DNA from: Candidatus Obscuribacteraceae bacterium
Lineage (GTDB): Bacteria > Cyanobacteriota > Vampirovibrionia > Obscuribacterales > Obscuribacteraceae
Assembly (NCBI GenBank): GCA_044226015.1
Contig: JBGAHS010000001.1
Location: forward strand, 480,001-544,000
Direction: 5' to 3'
DNA: 64,000 nucleotides
This document shows positions 38,001 through 47,600 of the stretch, piece after piece. Position 1 is the stretch's first letter. Every line of letters begins with the position of its first letter. Made by a program: the position numbers and the translations under genes. The notes below the pieces were generated by a model. It was not told where the DNA came from, made no database searches, and saw nothing but the letters and a program-made list of their open reading frames with translations.

Positions 38001-39246
38001 TTGCTGGTTTAGTCCTCAGCAATTTTCTTGCAAAGACAAGATACATAATCAAATTGACAGCGAAGAAGCCTGCTCCCAAAAAGTAGTCTCTCGTTATCTG
38101 GTTCAATGCTAGCTGGAGAATCCAGGTCGCGAGTGGCAGAAGCGCTAAGGCTGTTATGACAAACCTATTTGAGTTTGCAAAATTTGGCTCGTTGTTTTTT
38201 ATATTGAATAGGGTCATCATGGCTGGAATTGCCAGAAGGCAGCAATCATAGCCGTGCACGTGCACTGAGAAGAGCAGAATGCTCAGCACGACAAAGGCAA
38301 CAAGATTTGCTTCGTTGGAGCCATCTGAATTATTCCTGGCTTTGTTTGTCACAAAGAAGAGCATTCCCAACCCAAGAGCAAGCACGCAGAGTCCTTGCCA
38401 GCCGGCGTAGAATCCAGTTCTTCGTAAGATGCCGACGATTGATACCATAAAGTCGACCTTGAAGTAATAGGGCGGGTTTGTGAATGCTCCAAACAGTGCA
38501 GAGGGGTAGGCTAAAACCGCATCAGCTCCAGCTAACAAGGCAACCAGTCCAAGCAAGCAGAGAAACGAAACCGCGCCGACTGCGACTGCCTTGTAGTTTT
38601 TTCGTGCCACCAAATATGTCGCTAGAACCAAAGCAATATGAGGTTTTATCGCGATGCAGGCCAATATAAATCCAGATAAAATGTGTCGCTTTGATTGAAT
38701 TGCAAAAAAGAAAAAGCCAACAAGGCTCAGCATCAGAAGCGCTGTCTGACCCAGGGCGATACAAATGCAGCTCGGAATTGATAGAAAAGTAAGGACAATT
38801 GTTTGAAAGAGTTTCGATCTGCTGATAGGAAACTTCTTTGATAGCAGCACCAGAGATAATGCCGAAGCACAAAACTGCGTTAGCATGTAAACGCAATAAG
38901 CCAGTCCTGGAGCCATATTTGTCAGGGCAAGGCAAAGCAATGAAAATGGGGGCGAGTAGAGTACATTACTTGCATAGTTCGTACCTGGAAATAATTTTCC
39001 ATAGCATTCTTTCAGCAGCTCGTAGTCATAAAGATCTTTTCCTGATTTTGCCGACGCCAACTTTCCGAAACAATAGAAGGAGCAAAAGTCGTTGAATTGA
39101 CCTGGTGCTGCAACGATTTCTTCGCTGAAATTATTGCCAATGCTCATCTTGCCTAAATAGACCATCTGTCCTGTGAATAGCGCGAGTGCCAGTGTCACAT
39201 AGCAAACAAGAAAGAAGCGCAATGTTTTTGAGAGCAATGCTGACAT
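37978..39246 (-). CDS. GT-C fold glycosyltransferase (family 87/DUF2029-like)
   Basis: DF..FY, LYSPP, GQ, IKPH and YD motifs in a polytopic membrane protein. Confidence 0.8.
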   Translation of the reverse strand: MSALLSKTLRFFLVCYVTLALALFTGQMVYLGKMSIGNNFSEEIVAAPGQFNDFCSFYCFGKLASAKSGKDLYDYELLKECYGKLFPGTNYASNVLYSPPFSLLCLALTNMAPGLAYCVYMLTQFCASALSLVLLSKKFPISRSKLFQTIVLTFLSIPSCICIALGQTALLMLSLVGFFFFAIQSKRHILSGFILACIAIKPHIALVLATYLVARKNYKAVAVGAVSFLCLLGLVALLAGADAVLAYPSALFGAFTNPPYYFKVDFMVSIVGILRRTGFYAGWQGLCVLALGLGMLFFVTNKARNNSDGSNEANLVAFVVLSILLFSVHVHGYDCCLLAIPAMMTLFNIKNNEPNFANSNRFVITALALLPLATWILQLALNQITRDYFLGAGFFAVNLIMYLVFARKLLRTKPAIRPEQHA

Positions 39247-39385
39247 TATCGACTTTCGTTCAATCCCAAAGCAGTCGCAAGTGCGTCAGATGACTTGAAA
39301 GAGATTACCATGGATATAGGAAGCTTGCTTGCCGCTTGTAAGCCAAATTATAGGAAGCTAGTGAAATTGAAGATCATTCTGGCCA

Positions 39386-40936
39386 CTAGTCTGTTACGTC
39401 GGCTGAAGAGTTTTCATGGTCGAGAAACGGTATCTCCTCCAGTTCAAGTTCGAGCAGTTGCAGGAAGCTGCTAACAGCATTTCTAATTTCGGGCGATTTG
39501 TGCTTGAGCAGATAGCTTATTAGCTCTGAGCTTCGAGGCTCTTGCAGGTCTTTTCTGCCAAATAAAATTTTCTCGTCTCCGCAATCGAATTTTTTCCAGA
39601 TAGAAGGATCTTGCTGAAGGCAAAGAATGGATGTGTCGATAAGCCAGCCAGCAAAGTTATCTAGAAACAATCCGAAGTGTTTTCCTGCTCTTTTTGGGTG
39701 CTGATAGTTTGGATGCCCAAGCTCAGGTGACGGAAATGTCGCCAGTGCCGGCACAAAAATGCCGTCATAATCTACAAGCATAAGCTGGGTGTTTTCTTTT
39801 ACGATTATATTTCCATGTTGCAAGTCGCCGTGAGCTATTTTTGAATGACGTAAGCCGCTGATCATCTTCTGGAAGTTCAAGCGCAGCTGACCCATCAAAA
39901 CACTGTCTTCTGCGTGCTTATCTATGTATGAACTGAGAGCGTGGCCATCTACCCAATCCATTTTAAGAATGGGATATTTTTTACCAGCTACAGTGATGCC
40001 CTCATTTTGATACTCGAACTCTATGATGGATTCATTGGGGTCGTTTTGCAGATGCCTCTTGAGTATGCTATAGCGTTTTTCCTGGTCTTTTACTGGATGC
40101 AGAAAACAACGAACCGCATAAGTTTTTGTTTGCGTGCGGATTTTATACACGCTTGCGAATGCTCCGCTTATCGCTTTCGGCACCTCAAAAGCATTCACCT
40201 CAGGAAATCCTGATTTCAGAGCACCATCTCTGAGAGCCGTCTGCGGATTTTGAATTGCCTCGTTATAGTCTTGTGCGCTCGGCCAGACAACATTCTCTTT
40301 TGCGCTGTTATAGTTTTGCTCGAGCAGTCGGGGGCGAATTGCCTGTTGTTGCACGGACGATGGCGGAATGTTGTGGCTAAGCTCCCTTTGCTCAAATTCA
40401 TCATTCAATTTTCTGAGAACTGCTTCGGTCAGGCTTGCTATCTTCAGGAGGGTGCTGTGTTTGTGATTCGAAAAGTGATCGCTCATAGTTGTGAACTCCA
40501 GCTGAACCTCATAGTTCAGCACCCCACTGCGATTTATGATCCAAACAAATTTCCCCTGACTTGATCGCCCTCCTTCGTCTTCTGATTCTGGGTATTCAAT
40601 GCTAGCTATGATTTCTCCTGCATCCCAGTCTGTGCTGATGAGTTCAAGCCAGTGTTTATTCAAGGGATATTGCATTCGAGAACTTGGGAATTCTATGAGT
40701 TCTAAAATGGAGTCGAATATTTTTTGTTTGCTTGCTTTGCATATTGGCTGACAAACTATTTTGTCCTCAGCCATTGCCTGCTCTCGCGCCCAAGCCAGGC
40801 GCAAGAGCTTCACTACTTTGGGTTCTTTAATTTGTAGTTTCCGCTTCTTCTGGTTCTTCAACTCTTCCATGGTCATATAGACGACAGCAAGAGTCATGAA
40901 GGCGAGCCATGCCGATAGTAGGGCGGCATCACCCAC
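39386..40936 (-). CDS. kinase-like protein with N-terminal membrane anchor (HGDLQHGN type)
   Basis: WPSAQDYNEAIQNP, SGAFASVYK, ILKMDWVDG, IAHGDLQHGNI, LVDYDG and HPNYQHP. Confidence 0.8.
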   Translation of the reverse strand: MGDAALLSAWLAFMTLAVVYMTMEELKNQKKRKLQIKEPKVVKLLRLAWAREQAMAEDKIVCQPICKASKQKIFDSILELIEFPSSRMQYPLNKHWLELISTDWDAGEIIASIEYPESEDEGGRSSQGKFVWIINRSGVLNYEVQLEFTTMSDHFSNHKHSTLLKIASLTEAVLRKLNDEFEQRELSHNIPPSSVQQQAIRPRLLEQNYNSAKENVVWPSAQDYNEAIQNPQTALRDGALKSGFPEVNAFEVPKAISGAFASVYKIRTQTKTYAVRCFLHPVKDQEKRYSILKRHLQNDPNESIIEFEYQNEGITVAGKKYPILKMDWVDGHALSSYIDKHAEDSVLMGQLRLNFQKMISGLRHSKIAHGDLQHGNIIVKENTQLMLVDYDGIFVPALATFPSPELGHPNYQHPKRAGKHFGLFLDNFAGWLIDTSILCLQQDPSIWKKFDCGDEKILFGRKDLQEPRSSELISYLLKHKSPEIRNAVSSFLQLLELELEEIPFLDHENSSADVTD

Positions 40937-40940
40937 AGTA

Positions 40941-41687
40941 TCAGTCCTTCAGCGCCATTTTAATTCGCGATTTGAATTCAGCTCGCATGTAGCTTCCCAG
41001 TACAGACTCATTGTTTTGTTCGTTTTCTTCGAACCTGACGACTCGCTTGAATGATGCTTTCGCGTCGCGAATCGAGCTTGAGGAATTCATCAGAATCTCG
41101 TTAGTAATTGCGTTTAAGCGAGATGCGAACTCATAGTTTTCGCAAACATCATTGAGTAGTCCGCATGTAAGTGCTTCTGCTGCTGTAATTACGTTTCCTC
41201 GGAAAATTAATTCTTTTGCTTTTGCAAGACCAACTAGCGAGGTGAGTCTTCCAAGATTCACATCATCCAGCGCAATGCCCAGTTTGGTGATTGGAATGGC
41301 AAAGCGCGAGCGCTTGCTGGCATAGCGTAGGTCGCATGCTATCGCAAGCAGGCATCCGCCTCCCATGCACACGCCATCTACAGCAGCTATTGTCGGCAAT
41401 GCTGACTCTGCTACGCAATTCAGCCCGTTTGCAATTGCGCTCCAGTTCTCTTGAACTTCTTCCGCTGTATTTAACTCTCGAAGTTCGTTAATATCTGCGC
41501 CCGCAGCAAACGCATCTTTGGTTCCCTCGATTACAAAAATTTCCGCACCAGATTTTTCAAGCTCGGACATCAGACCTGGCAGTGCTAGCCACATCTCTTT
41601 GTTAATAGCGTTGCGACTGTCCGGACGATTGAGAAAAATATGACCAAGTCTTCCTTGAAGCTTGCTGTAAATAATTTCTTTGCTCAT
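40941..41687 (-). CDS. enoyl-CoA hydratase/isomerase (crotonase) family protein
   Basis: LNRPDSRNAI, FAAGADI, IAAVDGVCMGGG and ACDLR. Confidence 0.9.
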   Translation of the reverse strand: MSKEIIYSKLQGRLGHIFLNRPDSRNAINKEMWLALPGLMSELEKSGAEIFVIEGTKDAFAAGADINELRELNTAEEVQENWSAIANGLNCVAESALPTIAAVDGVCMGGGCLLAIACDLRYASKRSRFAIPITKLGIALDDVNLGRLTSLVGLAKAKELIFRGNVITAAEALTCGLLNDVCENYEFASRLNAITNEILMNSSSSIRDAKASFKRVVRFEENEQNNESVLGSYMRAEFKSRIKMALKD

Positions 41688-41709
41688 GTGTTCGTCCTAT
41701 CTAGTTGCA

Positions 41710-41741
41710 AAACTGTCTATGTACCAAACTGTCTATGTACC
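41710..41741. repeat. perfect 16-bp tandem duplication
   Basis: AAACTGTCTATGTACC occurs twice in tandem. Confidence 0.9.
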
Positions 41742-41748
41742 AGTGACA

Positions 41749-42261
41749 CTATTTTTTTTCAACTGCTGTCGTAGCCGTTTTTATACCCGGAAGGCTGAAT
41801 CTTATGGTGTCACCTTCTTTGATGCTATGGCGCTCGCAATAGCCAGCATTGACTTCAAGGACTTCGCTTGCTCTCACTTCTCCATCGTCGGGGTAAAGTG
41901 GGCAATCGCCAGGATTATGCGATTTGCAAGGCGGAACATTTCTAGCAATCTTTACGATTTTACCCTCATCGATGAATATCATGTCGAGTGACATCAGGCA
42001 GTTAAACATCCAGAATCTGACGGGACGTTTGGGGTGGAAGATAAATACCATGCCGTGATCTTCCGGCATTGAAGCCCTTTCCATCAGCCCATGCTCAATT
42101 TGTGCTCTGGTTTGCGCGACTTCTAACTTAACCGTGTTTTTTCCAAGTTCTGCAAGTGGAACCTTCGCAAAGGCTGGACCTGTAAAATAAAGTGCCACCG
42201 TCACTAGTGCCAGCAAAACTGATGCAGCTAATTTTGTGAGTAGCGAATCGAATTTGAGCAT
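41749..42261 (-). CDS. DUF192 family exported protein
   Basis: LEVA...GLMER...GMVFIF...FWMFN...LDMIFI...VLEVNAG. Confidence 0.9.
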   Translation of the reverse strand: MLKFDSLLTKLAASVLLALVTVALYFTGPAFAKVPLAELGKNTVKLEVAQTRAQIEHGLMERASMPEDHGMVFIFHPKRPVRFWMFNCLMSLDMIFIDEGKIVKIARNVPPCKSHNPGDCPLYPDDGEVRASEVLEVNAGYCERHSIKEGDTIRFSLPGIKTATTAVEKK

Positions 42262-42266
42262 TTAGT

Positions 42267-43955
42267 TCACCGAATCCTGTAACTGGGACGCCATAACCAC
42301 CACATACGAGTATAGTGAGTGCGTGCACTCAAGAATTGTACCCTGTCCAGCAGATTGCCGCTCTGTCCTGACATCGACTTACTGGTTACAACACCCAGCG
42401 GATTCACCACCGCAGATATGCCGGTGTTTGATGCCACTACCATGTATCTTCCATTCTCTATCGCTCTGCTCACCGCACAGGCAAGCAATTGTTTGGACAA
42501 GATGACATTATGGAACCAGGATAAGTCTGAAACATTTACCAGAAGCGCAGCACCATCATTGACTTCTTGAGCTATCAATTCAGGGTAAACCAATTCAAAC
42601 GATATGCTTGCTCCTACATTTCCCCAGATTGATTTCAGCAAATAAGGAGTCGGCGACGAGAAGAAATTGTTTTTTGACGATGGCAACAGTCCAAATAAAT
42701 TCTCTGGCAGAACCTGCGCTAGAGTCGAGTAAGGTAATGACTCTACAAATGGCAGCAGTCGTGTTTTAACATAGAGGTCGTCGCTCTTGCCTTTTGCATT
42801 TATCAATCGTGCGGCGTTTACCAGACTTGTTTTCAGAAGCTCAAAGGAGCCAACAATGGCTTCCTTCTTTTGATAGCTACAAATTCCGGCAATGCGAGAA
42901 AACAATTTTTTGCCTCCATTATCTTGTAGTCGCATCACAGCTTCTGGGAAAATCAGCATAGCCACACCCAGATTTTCCGAGAGTTTCGTGTATTTCTCAA
43001 GCTTTTCGTCTTTGCTAAAAACTTCCATCTGTGGCGGGCGCACAGGAATGTCACCCTGCAGCACTGCCACCGGTACTGGTGGCGCAAAAACGCGTTTGTC
43101 TGGCGTTTGCACTAAATATGGTGGAAATTGTGTTAGTTTGCGCAGTCTCCACTCACCCCAGCCTGCCGCTGCTCCGACCAGCGCCAGAACTATCATCAAG
43201 TCGAGCATGGCTCCGCCGCGGGGTGATATTGTGCCGACTCGGTCGGGAAGTGGTGGCACCAAGCCGGGAAAAAGTTCAAAAAATAAGACTGCAAGGGCAG
43301 CGTTCACAAAAATGATTAGAATCTCTAATGATTGGCAGCCACCTATGCTGCAAATCTGCATCAGATTCAGGTGACTTGTCTGGGTGTAAGCAAGCTGATT
43401 AACAGGCAATCCCAGGAAGGGCTCGGACGGCGCAACGTTCCATTGCAAGAATATATACACAAGTGGTACTGCGTAAATAAACGGAAAAAACGGTCTCTTG
43501 AAATGTGGAATTAACCCCGAGCGCGTAGGCAGCGCGTAGACCATATATGCAAAGACTGCCATCAAAATAGCCTGATGGGCTGCTTCCAAAAACCATGCCG
43601 CCCAGATAGCTAAGAGTCCCAGCCAGTCGTGTATTTGCATTACTGTCAAAGGATAGAGATCGAGTATCCATCTGTGGCAGACTAGATGATACGCAAATCC
43701 ATAAGCAAATCCGAGCAGTGTTGCTGCAAACCAACTTCCAGAGCTTCGCAAGAGAATGAAAAGTGGAACCAGTCCGACCCAGGCCAGCCACCACACGTCA
43801 AAGCCTGGGCTAGACAAACCAAGTATTGCGCCAAAAATTAGCGCGAACGGAACTTTCTCCCCCGGACCGACGCTGAGAAGCCAGGCGGGACGATTGTTAG
43901 CGTCTCGCTTCTTTCCGGTGCCCTCGCCAAGGGTCTGCATCTGACGTCCCACCAC
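42267..43955 (-). CDS. lnt: apolipoprotein N-acyltransferase homolog (Ser at the catalytic Cys position)
   Basis: N-terminal TM segments plus nitrilase domain: LQGDI, FPEA, YVKTRLLPFVE, ISFE, SDLSWF, RAIENGR, NTGIS. Confidence 0.88.
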   Translation of the reverse strand: MVGRQMQTLGEGTGKKRDANNRPAWLLSVGPGEKVPFALIFGAILGLSSPGFDVWWLAWVGLVPLFILLRSSGSWFAATLLGFAYGFAYHLVCHRWILDLYPLTVMQIHDWLGLLAIWAAWFLEAAHQAILMAVFAYMVYALPTRSGLIPHFKRPFFPFIYAVPLVYIFLQWNVAPSEPFLGLPVNQLAYTQTSHLNLMQICSIGGCQSLEILIIFVNAALAVLFFELFPGLVPPLPDRVGTISPRGGAMLDLMIVLALVGAAAGWGEWRLRKLTQFPPYLVQTPDKRVFAPPVPVAVLQGDIPVRPPQMEVFSKDEKLEKYTKLSENLGVAMLIFPEAVMRLQDNGGKKLFSRIAGICSYQKKEAIVGSFELLKTSLVNAARLINAKGKSDDLYVKTRLLPFVESLPYSTLAQVLPENLFGLLPSSKNNFFSSPTPYLLKSIWGNVGASISFELVYPELIAQEVNDGAALLVNVSDLSWFHNVILSKQLLACAVSRAIENGRYMVVASNTGISAVVNPLGVVTSKSMSGQSGNLLDRVQFLSARTHYTRMWWLWRPSYRIR

Positions 43956-44135
43956 ACTGCGTACGGAACCAAGTTTAACAGAAATGCCCTTTCCATCCCA
44001 ATTCCAATTGCGGTGTTGGAATCTTATTTTGAAAGATGGTAGCTAAGCCTAAGTGAAATTTTACCCGCCCCTCACTTGGCTGCCTTCGAAAGAACTTAGA
44101 TTTGGCGTCCAGGCGGGTGAATCAGGAGTTTTCTT

Positions 44136-44687
44136 ATGAAAACGCTTTTGAGCATTACAGCTCTTGCGACAATCATTTTCGCTTCAGGCACACCGGCATT
44201 CGGTGAGGAATATGCTGACCATGGTTATGAATTGTTGCTCAGAGGAAATTACCAGCAGGCTGTTGTTTATTTGACAGCTGCCGTGAAAATAAATCCGACT
44301 GATCTGGATATTCGCAGGCGTCTCTGCTCAGCATACGTGGGCGCCGGCATGTCTAAAGATGCAATTCAACAGATGAGAGTTATTGGCACTGTTAGCCCGC
44401 TTACAGCTGAAGATATCAGTTTGCAGGCAGATGCGTATTCTCAATTAGGTGACACAAAAACTGCGATTCTAAGATACAAGCAGGCATTGCAAGTTGACCC
44501 GACATATGGTGCAGCTCGAATTGCGCTGGCAAAGATTTTACTTTTTGCTGGTGATTACACTAATGCTCGTGCCGCTTGCAATGACACTCTCCGGACTTCG
44601 AAAGATCCTCTAGTGCGTAAGCAAGCGATGGATATGCTGGGTGCGCTTAAAGATAAAGAGAGAGCTCATATCACAGAGAAAGCTTGA
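44136..44687 (+). CDS. secreted TPR protein
   Basis: Signal peptide and TPR repeats; SD AGGAG. Confidence 0.8.
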   Translation: MKTLLSITALATIIFASGTPAFGEEYADHGYELLLRGNYQQAVVYLTAAVKINPTDLDIRRRLCSAYVGAGMSKDAIQQMRVIGTVSPLTAEDISLQADAYSQLGDTKTAILRYKQALQVDPTYGAARIALAKILLFAGDYTNARAACNDTLRTSKDPLVRKQAMDMLGALKDKERAHITEKA

Positions 44688-44710
44688 TAAAGAAAGAGTA
44701 GGGTCGAATT

Positions 44711-45253
44711 ATGTTCATCGTAAAATCCAGGAAAAATTGCAAAGGGTCATTCATAGCGGAGGCTCCTCTTGCCCTGTGGGTGCTGTTTTTCGTGTTTACT
44801 TTTCCTTTTCTCGATTTTGCAACCATCATGTTGCGTTACACCTTTATGGTGTCCGCCGTGCGCGACGGAGTTCATGCTGCTGCTCATGCAAAAACTTTCA
44901 GCAGTAACATTTCCGCTACTAACCTCTCAGCCATTAACGCTGCTTCCCAAGCAGCGAACCTGACTGCGTCTGCATTTAGCGAAATCGCAGTCAGTAATAT
45001 CAGATCGCGAATCCTTCAAACAAACATTACTACTAAAGTGCTCACAATTTATTCTTACAATACAGCATTGGCCTCAGTTGCTGATGATTCCGTGAATTTG
45101 TACGAAATTGAAACCGTAGTCAGCGGCTCTATTAAACCGCTTATTACTATGAACACTGGCTATTTTCCTGGTATTCCGGGATTGACGACGCCTCTTCCCG
45201 TCACGCTGTCGGCACGCGAATACTGTGAGTACCCGCAGGGACTCAATCAATAA
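44711..45253 (+). CDS. TadE-like pseudopilin
   Basis: Basic leader, KG-SFIAE, TM helix and AVRDGVHAAA. Confidence 0.75.
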   Translation: MFIVKSRKNCKGSFIAEAPLALWVLFFVFTFPFLDFATIMLRYTFMVSAVRDGVHAAAHAKTFSSNISATNLSAINAASQAANLTASAFSEIAVSNIRSRILQTNITTKVLTIYSYNTALASVADDSVNLYEIETVVSGSIKPLITMNTGYFPGIPGLTTPLPVTLSAREYCEYPQGLNQ

Positions 45254-45285
45254 TTATCTGGCGACTTTGATTCAGGAGTTTTACC

Positions 45286-47064
45286 ATGAGAGCATATAGA
45301 CCCCAAAGGCAGAATGGACAAGCCATGGTCGTTCTCTGCGCGATTATTTCGATTTTGATTTTATTTGTGGTGGGATTGTTTTCCTACGAAGTAAATCGAG
45401 TAGAAGTTTGCCGAACCCAGTTGCGTTCTGCTACTGAAGCGGCAGCGCTGGCGGCTGCAGCGACTCTGGCCAGCCAGGACAATCAAGACCCGGCTGCGGC
45501 TCACAACGAGGCAATTCAGACAGCCATAAGCACTTTCACGCAAAATAGTGTCGCTGGAACTGGACTCGCCAACGCTATTCTTGCCTTTGGTAACAATGAT
45601 TCGCCGACTGCTAACCACTCATCTCTTTTTATTGAATTTCTGGATCCGAACAGGAACAATGTGCCAGTCAACGTTGGCGACCCTGCCGGAAAGATTGTTC
45701 GCATAACTAGCGCTTTTGGCTTGTTGCCATCCTTTGGCAATTTCTTGGGACTGAGCACTGTGCCGCTACGAACTACTGCGATGGGTGGCGTGCCGGACCT
45801 CGATGTTGTTCTCTGTTTCGATTGCTCTGGCTCCATTGATGACCAGACGCCGGTAAGCATGGTTCGGCGGGAGTGGGTTGCCAGCAGTGGTGGCAAGGTT
45901 CAGTATACGGTCGCCAGCACAAGAGCCGGTTCGGCTGCAGGAGCACTTGCGCAAGGAAGAATTTACGACATCATCGGACCTGCACCTACCGGCACTAGAG
46001 TCAATGCGCTCTATCCACAAAATTTAGCTCAAGTTGGTTCAGGCAATCGGTGGAATCTACAATTCAGTCCGGCGCTGAGAAGTCGTGCGCCATCTTCTTC
46101 GGGTACGACAAACAACGAGTCGAATCCTGTACAGGGCTATCCACCTGGTAATCTCAGCAGCACCGTCAGCGGGGTTGATAGATACACAGTAACTGATGTC
46201 GTTGTGAATATAGATGGTAAAAACACTTTTGGTGGGCTCACCACAGGTGATGGCTACGCTTTTCCTGATATCGCAACTTTAGTTGAAGCTTCAAGAGGCA
46301 ACCTGGAAAACGACACGGTTTTCAGAAACAGCAGAGCGAATACTGGTGTGCCAAGCACGATAAGACCAAGAGCTGGATACCAGGCAAAGTATTTTGAGAT
46401 GGCGCGTAATAATTGCCACCCTATTAAGGATGCTCAGGATGCAGCTGCGACTTTCTTCACTGTAATGAATACCAATACCGTTGGACATTTCTCTTTGTCT
46501 TGCTTTTCAGATGATGGTGGCGGCTCAACTGTAAGAGATTGGCGAATTGATAGCTCTTACACAGCCGCTGGTTATGAGAATTTTGAAAAGCCAATGATTC
46601 CGCTCAGTCGAGCCGTGGGTGATACTAAGTATAATACTATTATTGGTGCGTTGCCAGGTACTGAAGCCTTGCATGGAACTAATATTGGAGATACTCTCAA
46701 CGTAGCCGTCACACAGCTAAGTACAAATTCTAGACCTGGTTCGAAAAAGGCCATCGTTTTGTTTACTGATGGTATGCCTACAGTGGGAGGACCTCTAAGC
46801 GGCGACCCGTGGACTAACGCGCGTCTTGCAGCTGACAGGGCCCGAAGAGCTGGAATCCCGATTTACTCTATCGGTCTTGCTCAAAATCCTGAAATAGTTC
46901 CTCAAGAAACACAGATTCTAACTGATGCAAATAGCAGTTTGAACTCTGGTGGTGTAAGTGGTATTGCCGGGCATGGTGGCAAATTCTTCCTCGTTACTGA
47001 TACGAAAGATTTGCGACTCACTTTTGAGAACATCGCCCGTCAGTTAGTGCAACTGGTGCACTAA
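45286..47064 (+). CDS. TadG-like pilus-associated protein with vWA domain
   Basis: NGQAMVV + TM, QLRSATEAAALAAA; vWA MIDAS DCSGS...TNIGD...LFTDG. Confidence 0.85.
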   Translation: MRAYRPQRQNGQAMVVLCAIISILILFVVGLFSYEVNRVEVCRTQLRSATEAAALAAAATLASQDNQDPAAAHNEAIQTAISTFTQNSVAGTGLANAILAFGNNDSPTANHSSLFIEFLDPNRNNVPVNVGDPAGKIVRITSAFGLLPSFGNFLGLSTVPLRTTAMGGVPDLDVVLCFDCSGSIDDQTPVSMVRREWVASSGGKVQYTVASTRAGSAAGALAQGRIYDIIGPAPTGTRVNALYPQNLAQVGSGNRWNLQFSPALRSRAPSSSGTTNNESNPVQGYPPGNLSSTVSGVDRYTVTDVVVNIDGKNTFGGLTTGDGYAFPDIATLVEASRGNLENDTVFRNSRANTGVPSTIRPRAGYQAKYFEMARNNCHPIKDAQDAAATFFTVMNTNTVGHFSLSCFSDDGGGSTVRDWRIDSSYTAAGYENFEKPMIPLSRAVGDTKYNTIIGALPGTEALHGTNIGDTLNVAVTQLSTNSRPGSKKAIVLFTDGMPTVGGPLSGDPWTNARLAADRARRAGIPIYSIGLAQNPEIVPQETQILTDANSSLNSGGVSGIAGHGGKFFLVTDTKDLRLTFENIARQLVQLVH

Positions 47065-47079
47065 GAAAGGAATGCAGAT

Positions 47080-47562
47080 ATGTTGAATCAATTGAAACGC
47101 AAAGCACTCAGAAGTCGACGAACTCGCGCTCATTCGTTGATAGAAGTAAGCCTGCTGTCTGTCTTGTTTGTCGTTATTGCAATTCTCTGTCTAGATGTAG
47201 GCTACGTCATGATGGGCTCGCAGCTGAATGATAGGGCTTGTCGCGATGCTGCTCGCGCTGCTGCTGAGGCAGACAATTATCTCAGTTCATTGCAGATGGC
47301 ACAGGCTGCGGTAATTCCTCACAAAGGAGATGGATATTGGGTTACTAGTCCCACCGTGGTGACATCGAAATTCATCTATCAGGACTTCAGCGGAAGTCCG
47401 CCCACGAACGTCAGCCCATTTGTGACGGTAACCACAGATTGCGATGTACGACTGCCGGCTCCAATTTTCTTTCTTGGTGCAAGCTTCAAAGCAAATGGCA
47501 TCATGAATTTTTCCAAGACCTATACTTTTCCAATTGTCAAAACGACGCTTTATTTGAACTAA
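47080..47562 (+). CDS. TadE-like pseudopilin
   Basis: Basic leader, AHSLIE, TM helix and ACRDAARAAA. Confidence 0.75.
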   Translation: MLNQLKRKALRSRRTRAHSLIEVSLLSVLFVVIAILCLDVGYVMMGSQLNDRACRDAARAAAEADNYLSSLQMAQAAVIPHKGDGYWVTSPTVVTSKFIYQDFSGSPPTNVSPFVTVTTDCDVRLPAPIFFLGASFKANGIMNFSKTYTFPIVKTTLYLN

Positions 47563-47600
47563 CTGATTGATGCGCGACAGTCTCTTTGCAGGAGGGAAAT

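Noticed and set aside
41729..41743. Possible LexA SOS box CTG...CAG
   Set aside because: The spacing is N9 rather than N10, and it does not fit the cyanobacterial LexA box either.
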